Origin: an uncultured Candidatus Saccharibacteria bacterium
GTDB taxonomy: Bacteria > Patescibacteriota > Minisyncoccia > Phycocordibacterales > Zambryskibacteraceae
Assembly: GCA_964582295.1 (NCBI GenBank)
Contig: CAZOQP010000001.1
Coordinates: forward strand, 148,754-212,753
DNA: 64,000 bases
Direction of reading: 5' to 3'
Shown: one piece after another, positions 35,507-45,445 of the stretch
How the letters are laid out: each line of letters starts with the position of its first letter
How positions within the stretch are numbered: position 1 is the first letter of the stretch
Translations under genes and position numbers: made by a program
The notes under the pieces: model-generated
What the model was told of the DNA's origin: nothing
What the model saw: the letters and a program-made list of their open reading frames with translations, nothing else
Database searches by the model: none

Positions 35507-38500
35507 ATGAGCGAAAAGGCGGGAGAAGATAAATCTCTCCTTTCGAAGCCGCTTCCGAGCGGACTCCTGAAGGAAAGCTTGCCCACCGCCGAAGAGGCGG
35601 TTCTTTCATTTTGGAAAGAAAATGGGATTTTTGAGAAGTCTCTTGCGAAAAATGCCGGTAAACGTCGCGGCCTCTTCGGCGGTAAAAAAGAATTCGTATT
35701 TTACGAAGGTCCGCCTACAGCGAACGCCCGCCCTGGCATTCACCACCTCATATCTCGGGCTTTCAAGGATGTGATCCTGCGCTACAAAACCATGCAGGGT
35801 TTTCATGTTCCTCGCCGGGGCGGCTGGGATACGCACGGCTTGCCGGTAGAGCTTGAAGTGGAAAAAAAGCTTGGTTTTTCATCCAAAAAAGATATAGAAA
35901 ATTACGGCATCGCACGTTTCAATGAAGAATGCAGAAAAAATGTCGGCACCTATATAGATGAGTGGCGGAAATTCACGGACAGGATCGGATATTGGCTTGA
36001 TCAGGATAATGCTTACTTCACTTACACTCCTCAATACATTGAGTCTGTCTGGAACATAATTTCGCAAGCCCATAAAAAAGATCTTTTGTATAAAGACTAT
36101 AAGGTGGTGCCGTGGTGCCCTCGCTGTGGCACCGGTCTTTCTTCGCACGAATTGGCACAGGGTTATAAAGATGTAAAAGACTTGTCTGTATACGTTAAGT
36201 TTCCGGTTGTCGGGGAACCGAATACTTTTTTCCTGGCGTGGACGACGACACCCTGGACTCTTGTCGGTCACTTGGCTCTTGCGGTGGGAGAAAATATTGA
36301 TTATGTGAAAGTAAAGTCGGGAGAAGATTTTTTCATCCTGGCCGAAGCGCGTCTTTCAGTTCTCGGGGACGGTTATGAAATTATTAAAAAAAGTATAAAA
36401 GGAAAAGAACTTATAGGCACTAAATATCTGCCACCGTATACATATTTGGAAACAGAGATTCCGAGAGCAGAAAGTGGGAAATTAGAAAAAGCTTTCAAAG
36501 TTTATTCTGCCGATTTCGTGAATACGGAAGACGGTACGGGAATTGTTCACACAGCCGTTATGTATGGCCAGGATGATTTTGAGCTAGGCACAAAAATAGG
36601 CCTGCCAAAACATCATATGGTGGATGAAACGGGCCACTTCGTGAAAGGCACCGGGTTTTTGGAGGGAAGGTTCGTAAAAGATGAAGAAACTGATGTGGAG
36701 ATAATAAAAGATCTTGCCCACAGAAATCTCCTTTTCAAAAAAGAGAAGTACGAACATTCATATCCTCACTGCTGGCGCTGTGGCACACCTCTCATTTATT
36801 ACGCGCGTGATTCATGGTATGTCAGGATGAGCAAGCTTCGCGACGCACTCGTTTCTGAAAATAAAAAAATACACTGGGAGCCGGAACATATCCGCGACGG
36901 CCGCTTCGGAGAATGGCTGGCAGATGTAAAAGACTGGGCTATTTCCCGTGAGCGCTACTGGGGTACACCTCTTCCTGTGTGGGAATCAGCAGATGGCGAC
37001 AGAATAGTGGTGGATTCAATAGAAACTCTTAAAAAATATTCAAAAAAATCCGGCAATCGCTACATGGTGATGCGTCATGGTGGAACGGAAGGCAATGCTC
37101 ATGAAAAAGTTAGTTTTGCGGGGCAGGAGAAAGACCATCTGACGGACGTTGGCCAGAAGCAGGCAGAAAAAGCCGCTCGCGACCTTAAAGGAAAAAACGT
37201 GGAACTCATTTTCGTATCACCTTTCGCCCGCACCAAGGAGACAGCGGAGATAGTGAGGAAAGGGCTCGGCCTTGCGGAGGAGAACGTTATTGAGGATGCG
37301 CGGCTTATTGAAATAAATCCCGGTATTTTTGACGGAAAGAATTGGAACGAATATCACAATTTCGTGTACAGGCAGGGCGATGGCTGGTTCACCGAGCCCA
37401 TCCCGCAAGGTGAATCTTTTGTGGAAGTGCGAAAGCGTGTAGGCGAATTTCTTTACGAGCTTGAAAGGAAATACAAAGATAAGAACATACTCATAGTTAC
37501 TCACGGTGCGCCCGCATGGCTTTGCTTTGTGAACGCAGGGCTTTTTACTCCGACAGGCAAGGAATATCAGCCGGCTGATACCCGGGCGTTCATTAAAGAA
37601 TTCAAACGTTTTGATAATGCAGAGGTGAGGGAATTGCCTTTCGTACCTCTTCCGCATGACGAAAATTTTTCCTTAGATCTTCATAAGCCGTATATAGATG
37701 AAATAGTTTTGGAAAAAGACAATAAAGAATACAGGAGAGTGAAGGAGGTGATGGATGTGTGGTTGGACGCCGGTTCCATGCCTTTTGCACAAGTGCATTT
37801 TCCATTTGATACAAAAAATATCGCATACCCGGCGGATTATATATGCGAAGGTGTGGATCAAACACGAGGATGGTTTTATACATTGCATGCGGTGGGAATG
37901 CTTATGGACCGGGGCCGTGCCTACAAAAATGTAATATGCCTCGGGCACATTCTGGATAAGGAAGGAAAAAAGATGTCCAAATCCATCGGTAACACCATTG
38001 ATCCATGGGAAGCTGCCAAAGATTTCGGGGTGGACGCCTTGCGCTTCTGGATGTTCGCGGTAAAAGAACCGGGAGAACCCAAGAATTTTGATCCTGAATC
38101 CGTGCGTGATATGTCGCGTAAAGTTTTTGGCTTGGCGACCAACGTACTCTCTTTTTATGAGATGTACAAAGTGAATGATGAAGCCGAGTGTGATTCAGAG
38201 AATGTTTTGGACAGGTGGATAATGGTGCGCCTTGCTGAATTAAGCGAAACAGCTCAAAAAAATATGGATGAGTACCGCATTTTGGAGGCGGCGCGCGCGG
38301 TGAGGGATTTCATAGGGGATCTCTCCCAGTGGTATGTCCGTCGTTCAAGGGAGCGTTTCAAAGGAGAAGGAGATGACGCGCGCGCCGCCTCCCGAACTAC
38401 CCGCTACGTGCTCCACGCACTTGCCCGCATTATGGCTCCCATGACACCTTTCTATGCCGAGGCACTTTGGGCGAGTGTGAAGGGTGCCGCAGATCCTGAA

Positions 38501-39016
38501 AGCGTCCATCTGGCGGACTGGCCGGCGGTTCCTAAAGCAGATATGCGCCTTATCCAGCAAATGAGAGAATTGCGGGAGATAGTTTCCCACGCACTTCTAC
38601 TCCGTTCGCGTGCAGGCATAAAGATACGCCAGCCGCTAAAAGAACTTCGTATAAAAGATAAAACTATCGGCTCAAACAAAGAACTCGTCCTGCTTATAAA
38701 AGATGAACTGAACGTAAAAAATATTGCCGTTGATGAAACACTTACGGAAAAAACTTTTCTGGTACTGGAAATAACCCCGGAGCTTAAAGCTGAAGGGGAA
38801 ATGAGGGAACTTTTGAGAAATATTCAGGAAAAAAGAAAAGAGGCGGGGTTTTCTCCGAAAGATGAAGCGAAAGTGGTCGTATCCGCATCTTCATCCGCAA
38901 AAAATATTCTCATGCCATTTGAGGAGCTGATAAAAAAACAGGGGAATATAAAAGAACTTGTGTGGGAAGATTCGCAAAATGATGAAGCGCAGGTGGTGAG
39001 CGTAGAAAAATCATAA
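35507..39016 (+). CDS. ileS: isoleucine--tRNA ligase (type 2) with inserted histidine-phosphatase (PGAM-like) domain
   Basis: PPTANARPGIHH (HIGH), CP1 editing domain, KMSKSIGN; ~200-aa segment 37055-37665 has RHG...N and LIVTHG histidine-phosphatase motifs. Confidence 0.85.
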   Translation: MSEKAGEDKSLLSKPLPSGLLKESLPTAEEAVLSFWKENGIFEKSLAKNAGKRRGLFGGKKEFVFYEGPPTANARPGIHHLISRAFKDVILRYKTMQGFHVPRRGGWDTHGLPVELEVEKKLGFSSKKDIENYGIARFNEECRKNVGTYIDEWRKFTDRIGYWLDQDNAYFTYTPQYIESVWNIISQAHKKDLLYKDYKVVPWCPRCGTGLSSHELAQGYKDVKDLSVYVKFPVVGEPNTFFLAWTTTPWTLVGHLALAVGENIDYVKVKSGEDFFILAEARLSVLGDGYEIIKKSIKGKELIGTKYLPPYTYLETEIPRAESGKLEKAFKVYSADFVNTEDGTGIVHTAVMYGQDDFELGTKIGLPKHHMVDETGHFVKGTGFLEGRFVKDEETDVEIIKDLAHRNLLFKKEKYEHSYPHCWRCGTPLIYYARDSWYVRMSKLRDALVSENKKIHWEPEHIRDGRFGEWLADVKDWAISRERYWGTPLPVWESADGDRIVVDSIETLKKYSKKSGNRYMVMRHGGTEGNAHEKVSFAGQEKDHLTDVGQKQAEKAARDLKGKNVELIFVSPFARTKETAEIVRKGLGLAEENVIEDARLIEINPGIFDGKNWNEYHNFVYRQGDGWFTEPIPQGESFVEVRKRVGEFLYELERKYKDKNILIVTHGAPAWLCFVNAGLFTPTGKEYQPADTRAFIKEFKRFDNAEVRELPFVPLPHDENFSLDLHKPYIDEIVLEKDNKEYRRVKEVMDVWLDAGSMPFAQVHFPFDTKNIAYPADYICEGVDQTRGWFYTLHAVGMLMDRGRAYKNVICLGHILDKEGKKMSKSIGNTIDPWEAAKDFGVDALRFWMFAVKEPGEPKNFDPESVRDMSRKVFGLATNVLSFYEMYKVNDEAECDSENVLDRWIMVRLAELSETAQKNMDEYRILEAARAVRDFIGDLSQWYVRRSRERFKGEGDDARAASRTTRYVLHALARIMAPMTPFYAEALWASVKGAADPESVHLADWPAVPKADMRLIQQMRELREIVSHALLLRSRAGIKIRQPLKELRIKDKTIGSNKELVLLIKDELNVKNIAVDETLTEKTFLVLEITPELKAEGEMRELLRNIQEKRKEAGFSPKDEAKVVVSASSSAKNILMPFEELIKKQGNIKELVWEDSQNDEAQVVSVEKS

Positions 39017-39020
39017 GAAT

Positions 39021-39611
39021 ATGCATAGAATCTACTCATCGCCTGCTGTAGTACTTTCCTGCCGAGGAGCGGGGGAGGGAAACATGCTTGTTACTTTTCT
39101 TTCTCGAGATTTGGGCCTTATACGTGCCAAAGCTATTTCATCTCGTAAAGCGGAGGCCAAACTCAAGGGCCACATCGTCCCTTACACCCTTGGAACTTAC
39201 GGCTTCGTGCGTGGCAAGAACGGCTGGCGGCTGGTGCACGCGGATGCCTCGGAGAACATCTTCTTTTCTTTGGGCGAAATTCCATTGTCTCTAGCACGTC
39301 GCACTCTTATGGGCCGTGTACTTTCACTTGTGGGAAGGGTTTCAGAAGAACAGAAGAACCATGAACTTTTTGAATGTATCACTTCAGGGCTTAAATTTTT
39401 GAAAGTTGCGGACGAGGAGAATCTCAAGGCCTATGAAATAATTTTTGTAGGTAGGGTGATGGCTCTTTTGGGATACGTTTCCTTTGATGACATGCCGGAG
39501 CCGTTCAAAGAATGGAAAACTTTCAGTCGCGGTCTCATAGAAAGCTCTCTTCCTCACACTAAAATGATACTTTCGCGCATAAATGAGGGGCTCAAGGAAA
39601 GTCATCTTTAA
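39021..39611 (+). CDS. recO: DNA repair protein RecO (short form)
   Basis: N-terminal OB-fold pattern AVVLSCRGAGEGNMLVTFLSRDLGLIRAKA. Confidence 0.6.
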   Translation: MHRIYSSPAVVLSCRGAGEGNMLVTFLSRDLGLIRAKAISSRKAEAKLKGHIVPYTLGTYGFVRGKNGWRLVHADASENIFFSLGEIPLSLARRTLMGRVLSLVGRVSEEQKNHELFECITSGLKFLKVADEENLKAYEIIFVGRVMALLGYVSFDDMPEPFKEWKTFSRGLIESSLPHTKMILSRINEGLKESHL

Positions 39612-39624
39612 CATCATACGCTCC

Positions 39625-39693
39625 GCAACCTGGCTAAAAAGAGACCACTCCGGGGCGTTTGCCCAAGTCTTAGTCTCTTTTTAGCCAGGTTGC
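39625..39693. repeat. nested palindromic repeat, copy 2 (core B with different outer arms)
   Basis: gcaacctggctaaaaagagaccactccggggcgtttgcccaagtcttagtctctttttagccaggttgc. Confidence 0.8.
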
Positions 39694-39729
39694 TTCCGCT
39701 ATAATTTTTTACTACAGGGTATAATAATA

Positions 39730-41637
39730 ATGAATATGGATCAGAAAAAAGACGGCCGCCTGGATAGATTGGAGGAAGCTCTGTATTCCCGTGATGAGAA
39801 CCGTTTACCAAAGACAGAACGTTCCCAAATCCCGCTTTCAGAGGCGGTGGACGTGCCGGAGGAGAATGCTTTTTCTGACACCCCTCTTTCCGAGCTTGTT
39901 TCAGCTGACAAGGAGCATCCTCACAGAAAAATTTTTGAGAAAATTTTTCTGGTTTCTCTCGGATTTGCAGCGATTGCCCTGCTCTTTGCCGGCTATCGCT
40001 TTTTCCTTGGCGGTCCTTCTGTCTCGGAAAAAAATATAGATATCATCATCGCCGGGCCATCCATTGTTCCTGCTGCAACGCCGCTTTCGCTTGATGTGCG
40101 GGTGGAGAACAGAAATGCCCGTGCCATAGAAGATGCGGTCCTGAAAATAACATATCCGCGGGATGCGCGGGCGGTAGAAAGCCGTGAGCGGGTTCTTGAA
40201 TCTGAAGAATTGGAAATCGGCTCTCTTGGCTCTGGAAAATCGGCAGGCAAGCAGGTTTCAATGGTGCTTTACGGGGAAAAGGATGACGTTGCTGTTTTTT
40301 CTACACGTCTTGAATATCACATTCCCGGCTCGCAGGCCACTTTTGTGAAAGAATCGTCTTTTTCTCTTGCCATCGGCTCTGCCCCGGTCATTCTCCATGT
40401 TTCTATGCCAACGAGGGTTGTTGCCAAGCAGCCGTTTGATATGAGCATCTCTGTTGAATCAAATTCTGCGGATACTATCGGCAATGTAACACTCACCGCA
40501 GAATATCCTTTCGGATTTATCCTAGATTCATCAACACCAAAACCTTTCACAGATGACAATGTGTGGCGTCTGGGTGATATGCCGACCGGAAACAAGAAAA
40601 CTATACGTATGCGCGGAACACTTGAAGCGGAAAACGATGAAGAGAGGACTTTCAGATTTTCTGTAGCTGTAGCGGGGGCGGACAGAAGCGCAACAACCCA
40701 AAGCGAGATCGCCTCGGCCCTTTCCACTGTTTCCGTATCACGGCCATTCCTTTCTTTGAGCGTGGGAGTGCCCGGAGGAAGCACTAGTGCGGCACCTGGC
40801 GATCGTATTCCCGTTGAAATAAACTGGACCAACAATCTTTCCGTTCCTGTTACAAACGCGGTCGTGGAGGCATCACTTTCGGGCGTTTATGACGAGACCA
40901 GTCTCGCCCCCCAGCAAGGAGGATTTTATAATTCACAGAACAGAACCATTTCCTGGAGCCAGTCCGGAAATGGAGATCTCGCCTCCATTTCGCCAGGTGA
41001 GAGGGGGCGTGTGCGATTTACTCTTGCGATCCCTAGAACTTTGCCTGCGGGTGTACAAAATCAAGGAGCTTCCGTTCACGTGATAATGAGAGGTGTTACT
41101 GTTGACCAAAATGTGGCGGGGAATGTTTCAAGTAGTGCAGATCTTTCTTTCAAATTCAGAGCAAGCCCGACAGGAGGCGGCTTTGCTACACGTTCATCAG
41201 CAGTATTTTCACAGAAAGGCCCTATTCCTCCGCAAGCAAATGTTGAAACCACTTACTCTGTGGTGCTTTCCGCGGCCAGTTCTTTTGCGGATGTCAGAGA
41301 CGCTTCAATGACCGCTACTCTTCCCCAGAATGTTTCCTGGAATAACCTGATCTCGCCCGGAAGCGAAAGAATGACATTTGATGATAGAACGCGAGTGCTC
41401 ACATGGAATATCGGCAATCTCGCGGCTGGCGCAGGGCAGCGCAATGCGACCATTGGAGTATTCATAATCCCAAGTGTTTCGCAAATAGGAGCCGCTCCAG
41501 CCCTTCTTTCAAACCTGACGCTTCAGGGAACAGATAGTATTACGGGGGAAAATATTTCAGCCAATCTTTCAGATGTTACGACCGACATACCAAATGATGC
41601 GGGGGCAGTGCAGAATGCGGGAGTGGTAGGAGAGTAA
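39730..41637 (+). CDS. membrane-anchored large extracellular protein (repeated beta-sandwich-like domains)
   Basis: Single TM after acidic N-terminus, then ~550 aa Ser/Thr/Asn/Val-rich extracellular region. Confidence 0.5.
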   Translation: MNMDQKKDGRLDRLEEALYSRDENRLPKTERSQIPLSEAVDVPEENAFSDTPLSELVSADKEHPHRKIFEKIFLVSLGFAAIALLFAGYRFFLGGPSVSEKNIDIIIAGPSIVPAATPLSLDVRVENRNARAIEDAVLKITYPRDARAVESRERVLESEELEIGSLGSGKSAGKQVSMVLYGEKDDVAVFSTRLEYHIPGSQATFVKESSFSLAIGSAPVILHVSMPTRVVAKQPFDMSISVESNSADTIGNVTLTAEYPFGFILDSSTPKPFTDDNVWRLGDMPTGNKKTIRMRGTLEAENDEERTFRFSVAVAGADRSATTQSEIASALSTVSVSRPFLSLSVGVPGGSTSAAPGDRIPVEINWTNNLSVPVTNAVVEASLSGVYDETSLAPQQGGFYNSQNRTISWSQSGNGDLASISPGERGRVRFTLAIPRTLPAGVQNQGASVHVIMRGVTVDQNVAGNVSSSADLSFKFRASPTGGGFATRSSAVFSQKGPIPPQANVETTYSVVLSAASSFADVRDASMTATLPQNVSWNNLISPGSERMTFDDRTRVLTWNIGNLAAGAGQRNATIGVFIIPSVSQIGAAPALLSNLTLQGTDSITGENISANLSDVTTDIPNDAGAVQNAGVVGE

Positions 41638-41642
41638 ACTTC

Positions 41643-41745
41643 GCTCGGGGTATTCCCTGAAAATGCACGAAAATTTTCTGCTGAAAATTTTCTCCGTCCG
41701 TCGCCGACCGCTCCTCCCAAGGCATTTTCAGGAAACACCCCGAGC
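41643..41745. repeat. palindromic repeat, copy 4 (TIR-A arms with different interior)
   Basis: gctcggggtattccctgaaaatg ... cattttcaggaaacaccccgagc; interior has gaaaattttc direct repeat. Confidence 0.7.
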
Positions 41746-41807
41746 TTCGCAGGGAAAATAGGAATAAACAGTATGCTAGGATTACTTTTATGAAAGAGGA
41801 GGGGAAG

Positions 41808-43001
41808 ATGGAAAAACTGGTCTCTTTGGCGAAGCGTCGCGGTTTTATATATCCGGGTTCTGAGATCTATGGCGGCCTTGCCGGCTCATGGGATTACGGT
41901 CCTTTGGGCGCTATTTTGAAAGAGAAAATCGCCTGCTTGTGGAAGCAGATGTTCATTTTTGATAGGGAGGATATGTATCCTTTAGACAGTTCCATCATCA
42001 TGAATCCGAAGGTCTGGGAGGCGAGTGGCCATGTGGCTGGGTTTGCGGATCCTCTTGAGAACGGAGGAATGTTCAACACCATGTTCAAGACACAGGTGGG
42101 GGCGGGCGAGGAAGCTGTCACTAGTTATTTGCGCCCCGAAACTGCTCAGGGAATTTTTGCTAATTTCAAGAATGTTATTGATTCATTCCATCCGAAACTT
42201 CCTTTCGGCATCGCCCAAATAGGTAAGGCATTCAGGAATGAGATAGCGCCGCGGGATTTTCTTTTCCGCAAGCGCGAATTTGAGCAGATGGAAGTGGAAT
42301 ATTTCGTGAATGAAAAAGATTGGGAGAAATATTTTGAGGAGTGGAGAAAAATAATGCATTCTTTCGCCGGAGCAGTGGGTATAAAAGAGGTACACGAGCT
42401 TGAAGTGCCGGATAAAGATCGTGCGCACTATTCAAAACGCACTATTGATTTTGAATTTGAATATCCTTTCGGCCGAAAAGAATTATGGGGCCTTGCTTAT
42501 CGCACAGATTTTGACCTTAAGAGCCACCAGGTATCTTCCGGCGCGAAGCTTGAATATTTTGATGAGGATACAAAAAATTCCTTTACTCCGCATGTAATAG
42601 AGCCGTCTCTTGGTTTAGACAGAACAGTCCTCGCAGTGCTCCTTTCTGCATACGCAGAAGATGCACTCGGAGAAGAGAAGCGTATATATCTGAAACTTCC
42701 AAAAAATATTGCACCTGTGCCACTTGCAGTTTTTCCTCTTCTTAAAAATAAGCCGGAACTTGTTTCAAAAGCCCGCGAAGTTTATATGATGCTTCGTAAA
42801 ATTTTCCCCGGAGCTCTATTTGATGACAACGGAAACATAGGCAAGCGCTATCGTAGACAAGATGAAATAGGGACACCATTCTGTATCACTGTTGATTTTG
42901 ACACTCTTGAAGACAGCACAGTGACAGTACGCGACCGCGACACGGGGGAGCAGAAAAGAGTGAAAATAGAAGAACTACAGGAGTCCCTAATGGCGGCTTA
43001 A
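41808..43001 (+). CDS. glyQS: glycine--tRNA ligase (alpha2 homodimeric type)
   Basis: LAKRRGFIYPGSEIYGGLAGSWDYGPLG; class II motifs; RBS GAGGAGGGG before ATG 41808 (listed ORF from 41790). Confidence 0.8.
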   Translation: MEKLVSLAKRRGFIYPGSEIYGGLAGSWDYGPLGAILKEKIACLWKQMFIFDREDMYPLDSSIIMNPKVWEASGHVAGFADPLENGGMFNTMFKTQVGAGEEAVTSYLRPETAQGIFANFKNVIDSFHPKLPFGIAQIGKAFRNEIAPRDFLFRKREFEQMEVEYFVNEKDWEKYFEEWRKIMHSFAGAVGIKEVHELEVPDKDRAHYSKRTIDFEFEYPFGRKELWGLAYRTDFDLKSHQVSSGAKLEYFDEDTKNSFTPHVIEPSLGLDRTVLAVLLSAYAEDALGEEKRIYLKLPKNIAPVPLAVFPLLKNKPELVSKAREVYMMLRKIFPGALFDDNGNIGKRYRRQDEIGTPFCITVDFDTLEDSTVTVRDRDTGEQKRVKIEELQESLMAA

Positions 43002-43068
43002 AGATACAGAGGGCTGCCTTATCCGTATCAATTTGCCCAGGATTGGGTGAAAGTGTAATATTCCTCAA

Positions 43069-44355
43069 ATGCTAAAACCTCAAAAACACGTTTTCCCGAG
43101 CGGCCTCACCCTTATTACCGTGCCTATGAAAAATTCTCCTACGGTTACGGCGGAGGTGATGGTTGAAACCGGTTCTAAATATGAGAAGAAAGAGCAGGGT
43201 GGCCTTTCCCATTTTTTGGAGCATATGTGCTTCAAGGGCACTCCTACACGCCCCACCTCAGAAATTCTTGCCAGGGAACTTGATGAACTTGGCGCGCAAT
43301 ACAACGCCTATACGTCAACGGAGATGACGGCCTACTTTGCCAAAGGCAGACCCGAGCATGTAAATAAACTTTTGGACGTTGTTTCGGATATGTATATCAA
43401 TTCTGTTTTTAATCCGATGGATCTCAAAAAAGAAAAGGGTGTGATACTCCAGGAAATAAATCTTTCTGAAGACAAGCCGGAACGGATAGCCAACCGACTT
43501 TTTGATAAAACTGCACATGGTGATCAGCCGGCCGGCCGTTCTGTTCTGGGTACAAAAAACACCACTCAATCTTTCACTTCGGAAGATTTCAGGAAGTACA
43601 GGGACTCTCATTACAAGACAAAAGCCACTACTGTCATCGTGGCGGGGGATGTGAACCCCAAAGACATACAAAAATCTGTGGCAAAATTTTTTGCTGCCAT
43701 GCCGCGCGGCTCTAAACCCGGAAAAGAAAAAGTCATGATAAAAAGGACCGGGCCGCGCATAGGCGTTCACCCGAAAGAAACAGATCAGGTGCATTTCCTT
43801 TTCGGCACCCGCACTTTCCCTTACGGAAACAAGAATAATGCCGCTCTCTCTGCCATGACCTCTGTATTATCTTCCGGCTTCAGCTCGCGTCTTCTTATAA
43901 AAATGCGCGAAGAGCTAGGCATCTGCTATTACGTAACAGCTCACAATGATCCCTCTACCGATCACGGCGAATTCGCTGTTTCTACAGGAGTAGACCCGAA
44001 GCGTTTGGACATTGCCATAGAAGCGGTGGCAGAAGAATTCAAAAGATTGGCCAATGAAAAGGTGCCTGTTAAAGAACTTTCAAAATCTATAGAGAAGCGT
44101 GTATCCAATATGTATATGAGTTTGGAATCTTCAGACGATGTGGCAGATTATTTCGGCCACCGATGGCTTTTCAACCGGGACATAAAAACCCCAAAAGAGG
44201 TAGAAAAAGAAATACGCTCCGTTACACCTGAAAGCATACAGCGGGTGGCACGGACAATTTTCACCCCGGAGAACGTCATCTTTTCCGTGGTCGGCAGGGG
44301 GCTTACCAAAGAAGGCATCTCTAAACTGGTGAACAAACACGTCAAGAATTGGTGA
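43069..44355 (+). CDS. M16-family zinc metallopeptidase (pitrilysin-like)
   Basis: Inverted zinc-binding motif HFLEHM...E. Confidence 0.7.
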   Translation: MLKPQKHVFPSGLTLITVPMKNSPTVTAEVMVETGSKYEKKEQGGLSHFLEHMCFKGTPTRPTSEILARELDELGAQYNAYTSTEMTAYFAKGRPEHVNKLLDVVSDMYINSVFNPMDLKKEKGVILQEINLSEDKPERIANRLFDKTAHGDQPAGRSVLGTKNTTQSFTSEDFRKYRDSHYKTKATTVIVAGDVNPKDIQKSVAKFFAAMPRGSKPGKEKVMIKRTGPRIGVHPKETDQVHFLFGTRTFPYGNKNNAALSAMTSVLSSGFSSRLLIKMREELGICYYVTAHNDPSTDHGEFAVSTGVDPKRLDIAIEAVAEEFKRLANEKVPVKELSKSIEKRVSNMYMSLESSDDVADYFGHRWLFNRDIKTPKEVEKEIRSVTPESIQRVARTIFTPENVIFSVVGRGLTKEGISKLVNKHVKNW

Positions 44356-44374
44356 TAGTATATATATCAATATC

Positions 44375-45430
44375 ATGAATAACGGCCATACGCGCCTATC
44401 CATAGACAGTCGCTCTGTCATAAAAGTGATAGCCATCCTCGCAGTAGCTTTCATGGTTTTCCTGGTGCGGGATATCCTGCTCGTCATTCTTACTGCCATC
44501 GTCATCGCATCTGCCATAGAGCCGGGTGCGCGTTTATCCAAGAAACTTCACCTGCCGCGCACCCTTGTGGTTCTGGGTATTTACGTTCTCACCGCCTTAC
44601 TTTTTCTTGGCACACTTTATTTCCTTCTGGTGCCGCTTCTTTCGGAATCAGCTTCTTTCCTTTCAAGTATTCCTGAATACACCGAATCCTTTGCTGCCGC
44701 GACCACCACCCCTGCCTTCTTCGGGTCGCAATTCATCCAAGGCATCACCTCTACTGTTTCTCTGCCAAACCTCATAGAACAGATAAACGGCGCCATCGTG
44801 CACATTTCAAGCGGTGTCTTTGGCACCATTGATGTCATCTTCGGTGGCGTCCTCTCCTTTGTTCTCATAATCGTACTTTCCTTTTATCTTGCGGTGCAGG
44901 AAGACGGTATCACCAAATTTTTGCGCATCATAACCCCGGCAAGTAAAGAGAAACACATTATTTCTATATGGCGCCGCTCTCAGGAAAAGATCGGCCTTTG
45001 GATGCAGGGTCAGCTCTTGCTTGCCGTTATCGTGGGTGTGCTTACATTCTTAGGCCTCACGCTTCTCGGTGTGCCAAATGCTCTCCTTCTGGCTTTCATT
45101 ACGGGAATGCTTGAGATCATCCCTCTTTTCGGTCCCATTCTTGCCGCCGTGCCGGCTGTCATCATTTCGTTTGCGTCCGGAGGATTCGGCCTTGCCGCAT
45201 TGGTAACAGCTCTCTTCGTTATCATTCAGCAATTTGAAAGCCATCTTATATATCCGCTGGTGGTGCGCAAAGTGGTTGGGGTGCCTCCTATCATTTCCAT
45301 CATCGCTCTCGTTATCGGCGCCAAACTCGCCGGCTTCTTAGGCATTCTCCTTGCTGTTCCCTTGGCGACTGTCATCATGGTCCTTCTTGAGGACATGGAA
45401 AAGGCCAAGCACGCTCCTGCTGTCGAATAA
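44375..45430 (+). CDS. AI-2E family transporter (PerM/UPF0118)
   Basis: Eight TM helices, conserved AI-2E pattern. Confidence 0.6.
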   Translation: MNNGHTRLSIDSRSVIKVIAILAVAFMVFLVRDILLVILTAIVIASAIEPGARLSKKLHLPRTLVVLGIYVLTALLFLGTLYFLLVPLLSESASFLSSIPEYTESFAAATTTPAFFGSQFIQGITSTVSLPNLIEQINGAIVHISSGVFGTIDVIFGGVLSFVLIIVLSFYLAVQEDGITKFLRIITPASKEKHIISIWRRSQEKIGLWMQGQLLLAVIVGVLTFLGLTLLGVPNALLLAFITGMLEIIPLFGPILAAVPAVIISFASGGFGLAALVTALFVIIQQFESHLIYPLVVRKVVGVPPIISIIALVIGAKLAGFLGILLAVPLATVIMVLLEDMEKAKHAPAVE

Positions 45431-45445
45431 TCTGCCGCCCGAATA

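Noticed and set aside
41790-43001. Initial thought that this aaRS was prolyl-tRNA synthetase
   Set aside because: N-terminal LAKRRGFIYPGSEIYGG and overall pattern are diagnostic of alpha2-type glycyl-tRNA synthetase, not ProRS.
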